31,097 nt of DNA from Macrostomum lignano (lineage: Eukaryota). Below the pieces are notes generated by a model. It searched no databases and was not told the origin of the DNA. It saw only the letters and a list, made by a program, of their open reading frames with translations. Positions 21,801-30,825 of the stretch are shown here, piece after piece. Positions within the stretch are counted from its first letter, which is position 1; each line of letters opens with the position of its first letter. Location: the NCBI GenBank assembly GCA_002269645.1, contig NIVC01000639.1, positions 441,660 through 472,756 of the forward strand, written 5' to 3'. The position numbers and the translations under genes are program-made.

Positions 21801-24800
21801 GTGCAGGCCAGGCCGCGGTTCAGCTCCTTGATCTGCGACACGTCCAGCACGTTGACCACGTTGACGAAAGCGCGGGCACCTCGCTGTGCAGCAGGTCGAG
21901 AGCTCGCTTGATGTTCGCTGTGTACATCTCCGCGGCGTAGTACCTGGGGTTCTTGCAGTAGGCACATAGATCGTTGCCGCCGATGAATAAAGTGATTACC
22001 TTCCAGTCATTCTGGTAGTCCACAGTCGGATCCGCCTTCATTCGCTGGATGAGGTCGTAAGCCTGCAGTGAAGGATCGCAAATTATTCAGTCTCGCACTA
22101 CAAGCGTTTTAATAATTGGGAATGAACTTCTATAACGATAGGGATACGGTTCGCGCAAGTTTGGTGAAATGAGCACTGTACCTGCTTCAGCATATCCTCC
22201 GATTTTGCTCCCGGCACGGCAACATCGAAACCGCGCGACTTCTTCAAGACGCCCTTAGCGTAACCACGCAGGTTGGGGTTGTACTTGAGCAGAATGTTTG
22301 GCAGAGTGGGAATCCATTGGTAGTTCAGATCGGCCCCAATGCTGAACACGGAGCCGCGGAATGACAGCACAATGCCTAGTGGTGTGAAGGCGTGGATGCC
22401 GGAGCCAGCCGAGATGGAGTCTCCGATGGCGCCGACCACCTGAAGTTTATCGGGTTTTGGATAATTCGATGTTGAATAAGTCAGCACACAATGAGTGACT
22501 TGCACAGAATTTCACTTTGCCAAAGTAGTAATCGAAACATACCTGGACGTCAGCCGGAGTCAGCGTTCAGCATCTGTCGCAGCGTTGCATTGGACTCAAT
22601 CACTTTGATGACTCTCTCCAGCGTCTCAGTCCAATTCCCTGTGTCGCCTTGCATTGTCGGGTCGCTTAGGATTGTTGTCAGCGCATCAGTCGGTGTCACT
22701 GATGAGCGGTTCTCAGCTGGGCAGTCAGCTTCTGGCGCTGAGATGCCGGCTGAGCAGCCGAACAGGGCTGCAAGCAGCAGCAACATAGGAATTTGCATGC
22801 CTATAGAGGCTTAGATAGGCCGGCCGAAACACAGAAGCAGCAGAGCTGGTCAGAGACTAGAACAGAGCAGGTACTTTTTGCATGCTTCCAACAGCAGATA
22901 AAAAGTTGCATAAAGCGTTTTATTGCGACTGATTAGCATTGGGGGCTGTCGAAGACAGAGATAGCAAGTTTATGCAGGTAGTTCTTATTTTTCTTGAGGA
23001 CTAATGCCCCGAATGCACTATTGCTCAGGTCTTTGACTCCGTGCGTCAAGGCAACAAGTCCATGCCAGTTCAGTGCGACAGATAAGTGCTGGGCTCTGCC
23101 ACTGCACTTCTGATATTTCTTTCTCTCCCTATCTTTATTTTCTTGTGCCACGCTCGAGGTCACGTGATTCATAAAAATTGTTATAAATAGACACTGGCCC
23201 AGTCAATGTACGCTTCTGAGAAGTGTGCTTCGAATTTCTTGACCAATGACGACAGCTGACTAAATGTAACGATAAAATAATTTTACGTCATATAACATTT
23301 CTCTACTGCGCGGAGAAGTACAAAGAATGCCGTTCAGACAGTCTCTGTAGAACCCTGGAGCCTGTATAAACGTGACAGTGTGACCTTTAATGTTGCACCA
23401 GCGGCTGTAATAATGAGGGGTTGGTTTGATAGACAAAGGCAGAGAATCTGCTTGCCGAAAAAAACGTCTCGAGACCAGATTTAAGATGGTTGCAACACTG
23501 TTTAGACATAATATTAAAAACATGATCAATCCATCACGAACCAACTTATACAGGTCTCAGTGAAGGCAGGAAGAGAAGTATTTCTAGTCGACAACACAAA
23601 CCGAGACCAATGGATCGTGGAAACGTGCGGCGGCGTTTGTCTCGGCGTGCCGTCGCTCTGCGTGACTATTGCGGGCGGCGACCCGGCGGCGCTGGAGCGT
23701 GCGGCTGCGCTGAGGCTGCGCCTGCTGGCCAGCTGGACAATCGCGCTCAAGGAGATCGGCCGGGCGCTCATCGGGTTCATGCTGCAGGTGTTCCGACGGA
23801 TCAGTGCAATCGAAAGTCAGGTAGGTCACTTTCTTTCTTTCCAGTTAAGCTCAACGATCCTCACGACATCTACGTCGTCCACTTTTACGCAGACAGAGGC
23901 TCCCTGCGTCGTGACATCCCACCAGGACATCATAACTGATGGAGAGCTTCGCCCTTTGCTGGCCACGATGGAGCAGCTGCTGCAGAGCTACTGGGCTCAG
24001 CATCCCGAATTTGAAGAGCTGCGCGACCGAATGCGGCGTGTCCGAGCTTCTTTAGCCATCTGCGACGCTGAGGACTGCCTTGACGACTGGACTCGTATTG
24101 ATATCCGTGAGTCAGGGACGTCCGTATTGTTAGTTAAGAAAAGCTTCCCGCAACTCCATAGCTTAACTAATTCGAAACTCCAGACACCATATTTCTGAGG
24201 CTAAGTCCTCTGGTAATGTCGTCATCTGAAGAGCCGGACTCTGCCGCCAAGCAGAGCGAAATGCATGGCCTCTTAGGCCAGCTGATGCGTCGGTACCGTG
24301 ATCTGACGAGACACTGGGAAGCTTTCCGACTCAGCGGGGACGGCAGCGGCTCATCCACGTTTGGAAATGACGAAACCGCAAGTTTTCAATTTTGCCGCGA
24401 CCTGGCCGAGTAAGCTTATTTTTGATTGGAGTAGAGTGCGAAGTTTATAAATAGTCTACAATTAAAAACTCTCGAAACTACTTACAGTAATACTCGTTGG
24501 TAAATTGTTCAGTATTAACCCAAAAAGGTACTTACCTTTATATGAGTTAACTAATCCTAGCTGAATTTACCAAGAAACAGGGAGCCGCAGCATGGGAATA
24601 ATGAGGAGGCCTGGCCTCCGGAGCTGCTCCGCCTGCTTCAACTCGGCTCCCAGACCATCGCTGGGATCTCAAAGGCCTCGACGGCGGACGCTGGCAGAAC
24701 TTACCGAACTGAGTTCACAATCGATGTTGTGAGCAATACAAGCGAGGGCTCGGACATAGGGAATCGAAATGGTATCGAAGGTAAGGCTCAGAATAGCACA

Positions 24801-26635
24801 GGGTGTACAATACAAAATTTGATTTTCGAAAGAAACCGCTATAAAACACGTTCCATATAGACTACTATTTTGGTACAGATTCGAGTAGTTAAAATCGTAA
24901 ATCTTAGTGCCGTAATACGTATTGTTGGTAAAAAAATCCAGCTTCGAAGGAGTGGTTAGAACAGGGAGTTATAATGATATCAATAAATTGCACATAATTC
25001 TGTAGGTCATTCTTGACAACTGGATGACTTGGTTATACTGCGCCATTTTAGAAACTACTCAAACCTCTTCACCCGTCGTTGAGCACCGAAACCAGAGGCA
25101 TCTTGAGCGACTGAAAGTTCGATTCCGACGTGAACCCCCGCCTGCCAATGCCGCCAGCCCGATTCTGTCGGACAGCGAAGAAGAACACAACCTTGAAGGA
25201 GGCCGACCGCTGTCGGAGGTGATCGAGGACTACAAACGGGAGGAGACGGAAGCCAAATCGCGACTGGTGATCTCCTGCGTGGTGGATACAAAAGACAAGG
25301 CGGTGCTGTCGCTTGATGAAGCCGTTCAGCGGGGCATTGTCAGCTGGGACACTGGGAGCTACTTGAACCGCGAGACCGGCGACTGGATGCCGATTCAGGC
25401 CGCGCTGTCACGGGGTGAGTCTTGGTTTTGGTGACTTCCAGGCAGATAATGCTCGAACTCATGCTCAACAAGTATAATCAAGGACTTCCAATGTTAAACT
25501 CAGCCAGATAAACAGATACGAAATCCTAATGTGTCCAGTGCAAGTACCATGCATCGGACACTACAAGTTGTACACATCCACCTATACTAAATCTCTAATC
25601 TTCCTATATACCAAGCCTCTAAGGTTTGTATACTTATCCAACTATACGAAAAATGGTCTGTAGGTAGGTATCTAGGTATCTACGTACGAGTATGTGTGAT
25701 CAATTTTAGCAAAAACTAGCAATCTAGTGCCCCCCTTCAGGGCGCGAAATAAGCAAGGAGCGAAAATTATTCATGGAAAACAATTAAAAAGCACTTTTTC
25801 TCAAGAACCAATTCCTTCTTCAGTTTTATAAATCACCTTATTCGAGTAAAATTGTCACGGACAAAGACGTTTGCTATGAATCTCTTTTTTTCAAAAATTA
25901 ACAAGAAAACAAAATATAGCATTCACAAAGATAACAGACATTGGTGCATGCGTCTTGGCTAAGAAATTGCTAGATGCTAAAGGGATTAAATATTCGAAAA
26001 ATATGCTTTTTTGCAAAGGTCAAGCAGACTTTTCGACTTGAGAAGTTTAGGAAAACAGTACTTAAAAAATCATGTAACTGTTCATTGTAGTTTCGACTTC
26101 ATCTAGGATGCCAAAGTACAAATATTAGTCTACCGAATATTAGACGGTAGAGATATATCAGTTATCAATCAATTACTAAGAGAGTTTGGAACTGCACAGC
26201 CAAGCAAAATGTAACTTTTTCGGTAGTAAGTTAAGGTTTGCCCGTCTCATCAATGCATTTTGGGGCGAAAACCGGCCTTCAACTTTTTGTAAATGTAATG
26301 CATCCGCATTCTTCAGGTCTGATTATCGCCGAGAGTCGCACGAGGGCCGCGCCAAGGTGAAAAACCGTCGAGTCTACGGCCTGGTGACGCTGCAATCGAC
26401 CGATTCGAAGTCCGCGGACAAGCTGGCAAAGGCAGCTGGAGACGGCGGCAGCTACCTCATCTACAGCGCGCTGGACGTGGCCAACGGAACGGCGCTGAGC
26501 TTCCAGGCGGCTAAGGAGGCGGGCGTCATCGATGCAGAGGAGGGCGTCTTCTGGAACAGCCGCACCGGCGAGGCTCTCGAGCTGCCCGTCGCCATCAAAA
26601 AGGGCTTCGTGCGGGCCAGGAAGGTCGTCACTTAA
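18838..26635 (+). CDS. Compact plakin-family protein (plakin-domain spectrin repeat + SH3, two invertebrate-type plectin repeats); 5' end not located
   Basis: Phase-consistent GT-AG exons: 18838-18994, 19300-19413, 19612-19710, 19808-19930, 20070-20216, 23554-23820, 23893-24106, 24184-24409, 24581-24780, 25052-25414, 26317-26635 (~740 codons). LQLEQQKSYHLFY resembles the plakin HLKENAAYFQFF segment. The SH3 reads RPAQLLVDFAAPE|VSVKAGREVFLVDNTNRDQWIV..GVPSLCVTIAGGDPAA. Plectin repeats: VVDTKDKAVLSLDEAVQRGIVSWDTGSYLNRETGDWMPIQAALSRG|LII and ALDVANGTALSFQAAKEAGVID..FWNSRTGEALELPVAIKKGFV. One missing base near 26335. Confidence 0.8.
20978..22798 (-). CDS. PLB1: Phospholipase B1-like GDSL/SGNH lipase, single catalytic domain, signal peptide; nested in a plakin intron
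   Basis: Exons 22798-22543, 22439-22182, 22062-21621, 21188-20978. Motifs TLTPADVQ|VVGAIGDSISAG (catalytic Ser block), DWKVITLFIGGNDLC, DTRDDFTVVLQPF, FAPDCFHLS (DxxH), ALWNNMIEPVG, PYFYTNKNS. Frameshifts at ~22565 and in the C run at 21874-21876. Confidence 0.92.
23159..23168. promoter_or_regulatory. E-box / CLEAR-like motif upstream of the PLB1-like gene
   Basis: GTCACGTGAT about 360 nt upstream of the PLB1 ATG. Motif match only. Confidence 0.2.
25716..25870 (-). mobile_element. Uninterrupted copy of the Helitron-like 3' region, inside a plakin intron
   Basis: The minus strand ends ..GCGCCCTGAAGGGGGGCACTAGATTGCTAG|TTTTT and matches 10690-10835 + 12110-12130. Confidence 0.55.
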
Positions 26636-27842
26636 ATTGATTTTATCAACCAGTCATTGAGATATCATATTCGCAAGACCTCATCACAATTCTTTATGTA
26701 CTTTTCAACAGACATGCCAGAATATTTACTCTCATGAGGAGTACAGTTGTATTTCCAGTTTCTTACGGAACATAATATGATATGCATAAGTTTATAAAAC
26801 GGTGCTGGGTTTTCAACATAAAATGTTAGGATTTACGTATATTTTGTAAATTTTGATTCAGTCTCCTTACTGTTAAAGCATGGCTAAACTAGTCATAGCT
26901 GTTTACCAGTTCATTTGCCCTGAATCGAATTGCTATAGATGGCAAGCATGTAATTGTAAAAACGAAGTTCCACGCTTATTCGTCACATGCGCATCAATTG
27001 CGTGTGCGTACCAATCCAGAAGTAGACATATACTAAATCTGAAAGGAAAGAAATGCTTGTAATTTCAAGGCGCACAAAATTTGTTGGTTGCAGAGACCCT
27101 CTCTGTGCACCGGAAGCATTAGTAAAAGCCTATCCAAATGGAAAACGAAAATATTGTAACCAATTTGCTTTAGTTTGAGAGTTCTTGTGGTTAACAATTT
27201 AAAGGGCTTTTGGTTAAACAAAATTTTGTTAAATTATATTTATATATGACATGGAAAAGCAATTAACCACTGGATTGAATTTTCAATTGCTAAGCCTTCT
27301 ATCCACACGTAAACCGAAATAAGTCAGGTTATAAAATTACTTGACAAAATCTTAGCAGGATCTGGCAAAATTTGCCGGTAAATCCATGAGAATTCCTCGG
27401 CAAGCCCACGGAAAATCCGAAAATTTCCAGGAAAAGGTTCCTATTTCTTGTTTATAAAAGTAGACGCCTCTACGGTAGACCTGATAACACCTAATATTGA
27501 AACTGACGTCTCTCAGCGCAATTTTCAAAGTCGGCCAGTGCCACAGTCAGCTCTCAGCATGTAAGTAATAAGTAACTATGTATGGTTTCTGGCTGTGGCT
27601 CATAACTATTAATTTTGGCCATTAAAGTCCTGTCTGGTGCATGAAAATCTAGAAATTAGCGATTTGGCGCTGTTTTTTCCAGCCCTTACATCCCTTTGCC
27701 TACTCTTTTCGTCAGCTAAAGCGGAATCGAACCCGGGATGAAGCCACTCATGATTACACAAAGCTTTACAACAGTTTTAGGACAGATGACGGAATCCAAG
27801 AATGCATTTTAAAAGCCAGCAGCAAGTTAGGCTGTCTTGTCG

Positions 27843-28240
27843 GAGTCTCCAGAGCCGAAAAACAGATCACGGATGAGTCTAAAGCCAGAAAATTTCTGTC
27901 TGGTACAGAGAACGAGAAGGAGTCTGTTGAGAGACTTATTTCAAATATTGCATTTGCAGTTAATCAAAAAGCTTTAGTAACGATAACAATATTTTAAGAC
28001 GGAACTGCGAGGTCCTGCAGCTGGATGCGAGATATTGGAAGCTAAAAATTTAGAATCGTGAGGCCTTGCTTATCTTTGGATATAAATTAACAGTACTATC
28101 AATAATCTAAAACGGCTGCAAAAATGTCGGTATGGTCGAAAGAGCAGCATCCCAGTTTAGGAAAATTGTCGGCCTACTATAGTCAGCTGATAGTTTAACT
28201 CTTCAAAAACTCGTTCAATACTTTGCACAGAAAGCTCTAC
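27843..28240 (+). pseudogene. Decayed, internally deleted paralogue of the gene at 28393-29373
   Basis: GTCTCCAGAGCCGAA (27845 vs 28536), TCTGTTGAGA, GAAAGAGCAGCATCCCAGTT vs GAAGAGCTGCGACCCAGTT, then directly TGTCGGCCTACTATAG..AAAAACTCGTTCAATACTTTG matching 29105-29175. Contains stops and frameshifts. Confidence 0.75.
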
Positions 28241-28392
28241 ACCAACCCATTGGCAACGAAATTCTCTGTGTTCCATCATGCGCGGATTTTTTATAGAAGA
28301 TGGGGAATTTAAATAAGCAGAGTAACTGTTTCTTCCCATAATTTACATTATTATTGAATTTTTAAGTTTTATTTACGAGCGACGAGCGTCAA

Positions 28393-29373
28393 ATGTCTAA
28401 AACTAGAATGAAAACTGCAGTGTCTTCGAAAAATAAGGTATAGCTTCATCGAGGTACCAGATATTCACAAAGTCTAGTTTTCAAACACAAAGTCAAGCGC
28501 TGTGCGGAAAACCGCTGCTAAAGTAACAGAAGGTGTCTCCAGAGCCGAACAAAAGATCGCTAGCATTGATTCTGCAGCCAAAAAATTGCCGTCTGGCAGC
28601 GAGAGGAACTCTGTTGAGAAACATATTTCAGCTATTCGCAGTGCTTCGTATGAACTTGATAACAACAACAGGATTTTAAAAGAAAACTCCGTGTCTCTTG
28701 CTAATGGCTGGGTGACATTAAGAAATGAAATTAAAAATATGAAAAAGCCTTACTCCACTTCGGATTTAAAAAAGATGATCAAACAGCTGAAAGAGCTGCA
28801 AGCTAAATGCAACGCTTGTCGGAAGAGCTGCGACCCAGTTCAGAAAAGCTTAAACTCCGTAAGAGATTTATGTGCGAGAGCAAAAGATGACTGCTCAAGT
28901 GCTGCTGATAAGGCGAGAGAGAAGGAGGGGAGAGTTAAACTCATTGGTGGCTTAGCTACTGGCGCTTTGATAGTAGCGACCGCTGGGCAGGAGCTGCCGC
29001 AGCTGGTGCGATCAAAGTAGCTGCTGTGACAGCAAAGACTGCTGGAATCACGGCAGGTGGTCTGGGAGTCGGAGCCGCTGTCGCTGGCGGCACCACTTGG
29101 TACCTGTCGGACTACTATAGCCACATAGCTGACAATTTCAAGGCTTCGAAAAACTCGTTCAATGCTTTGGACAGCGAGCTCTCCTCAATATGCAGCCAGC
29201 TGACACAACTTCAAGAAGCAAACAGACAAACTGCTTGAAAGCCTTCAAGGGGCGAGGCTCTCCAGTCGGATGCTCTGAAAACGAAGAAAGCTCTGGAAAA
29301 GGCGATGTCTGAAAAGGCTGCTCTCGAAAAGGAGTTGGAAGAGTATCGCAAGAAAAAAAGCACTGGAAATTAA
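28393..29373 (+). CDS. Uncharacterised coiled-coil protein with a central Gly/Ala-rich hydrophobic hairpin
   Basis: Predicted exon 1 is 28393-28437 (MSKTRMKTAVSSKNK), then a 55-nt GT-AG intron, then exon 2 from 28493. One added G in the run at 28985-28987 joins ORFs 28502-29020 and 29026-29238, giving LIGGLATGALIVATAGAGAAAAGAIKVAAVTAKTAGITAGGLGVGAAVAGGTTWYL. TGA at 29236-29238, but the same frame continues as a charged coiled coil to TAA at 29371-29373. Confidence 0.75.
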
Positions 29374-30359
29374 AAAACGCACCCGTGTGAGTCAGCAGAG
29401 CTACTCAAGATGGGTCAGGCGTAAAAAGCTTAAGTACATGCTAATCGTAAAGTCGACTGTAGCTACGGTGATTGATAGCCACCCTGAACGAAACGAAATT
29501 TTTTTACAGTTACAGTAATACAGTAATAATTGTTCGCAGATTTCTTGTTCAATAGAAAAATTCTAGCAAGTTTCAAGCAGTAAAAGTTTCAAAAAATAAC
29601 TAATTCAATTATCGTTGTTTGCTATTTGAATAAACATTAACAATATTTGTATTATTACTGATGTGCTTTAAAAATTTAAACAAAACTGCGATGGATGAGG
29701 GACAGGAGGACACAACCCCAAAAATAAGGGATGCCATTGTGCAGTAAATCTTGCTTCCTTGAAGACGTCACAAAGGTTGATCAGCAAGGAAACAGTTAAA
29801 AACATTTTTTCTCGTTGTTAGCGTAAATAATAGCAAATTTAATTCCAGTCTTGTCTGAATGTTTTTAAACAGAAATAGCGCTAAACACATGCTTAGCCCT
29901 ATTTTTATCAGAACATGTTATACACGCTGATATTCAGAACACTTTTTATATTCTCTCCACTATATATTTTAATGGTGTTTTCTTTTACTTTTAATTTCAG
30001 TAAATAAAATGTCTGAGTTAGCGTTAGATTTTCTTTCTGAATTTTTACTAACTGCTGAATTCGCCTATAGTTCTTGTTGTTTCATTTCTGTACAATTTCA
30101 CAGTTTAGCGGCAAAATATACCATTGTCACTACTTACGATTACTGAGTAGTGCAGCGCCAAAATTAATTCTTAGATTCAAACTCTAAATCACAAAAACGG
30201 TCTTACGGCCTTACTCGTAAAAAAGTTGGAGCCACGAACACTCGGACCCGCGTGCCGCTGGCCTCTATACGTGTATGCATGAACTGCTCTTTTGACGTTC
30301 AATTGTCTTTTTATTTGAAGGAGACAATTCAACAGCGAAATTTTAGACTGCATCAGGCA

Positions 30360-30369
30360 GTCACGTGAC
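30360..30369. promoter_or_regulatory. Palindromic E-box GTCACGTGAC
   Basis: Perfect 10-bp palindrome 65 nt from the 37-bp array. Motif match only. Confidence 0.2.
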
Positions 30370-30434
30370 CTGTAGAATCAACCAGCCAGGAGCTTCCATC
30401 CTAAAGTTCTACGTAGAAGAACGTAAAATAACTT

Positions 30435-30825
30435 GACAGGCACTCGCAAATGGTGTTGTCAATCAAACGGGGACAGGCACTCGCAAATGGTGTTGTCAAT
30501 CAAACGGGGACAGGCACTCGCAAATGGTGTTGTCAATCAAACGGAGACAGGCACTCGCAAATGGTGTTGTCAATCAAACGGGGACAGGCACTCGCAAATG
30601 GTGTTGTCAATCAAACGGGACAGGCACTCGCAAATGGTGTTGTCAATCAAACGGGGACAGGCACTCGCAAATGGTGTTGTCAATCAAACGGGGACAGGCA
30701 CTCGCAAATGGTGTTGTCAATCAACGGGGACAGGCACTCGCAAATGGTGTTGTCAATCAAACGGGGACAGGCACTCGCAAATGGTGTTGTCAATCAAACG
30801 GGGACAGGCACTCGCAGATGGTGTT
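30435..30825. repeat. 37-bp tandem array: 10 full units plus 1 partial
   Basis: Unit GACAGGCACTCGCAAATGGTGTTGTCAATCAAACGGG starts at 30435, 30472, 30509, 30546, 30583, 30619, 30656, 30693, 30729, 30766, with a partial unit at 30803. Two units are 36 nt. No spacers. Confidence 0.98.

Noticed and set aside
22491-22814. Plus-strand ORFs overlapping PLB1 (also 20948-21244)
   Set aside because: Antisense shadows of GC3-rich PLB1 exons.
23821-23892. Read-through of ORF 23560-24198 as a single exon
   Set aside because: The 72-nt segment has a GTAGGT donor, a pyrimidine tract and CAG and is probably an in-frame intron. Retention or a shorter intron cannot be excluded without RNA data.
27721-27775. 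tRNA gene on the minus strand (ATCCCGGGTTCGATTCCGC)
   Set aside because: Isolated B-box/T-arm motif; no D arm or acceptor stem could be built.
30435-30825. 37-bp hairpin repeat of CRISPR-repeat length
   Set aside because: No spacers and no cas genes; it is a plain tandem minisatellite.
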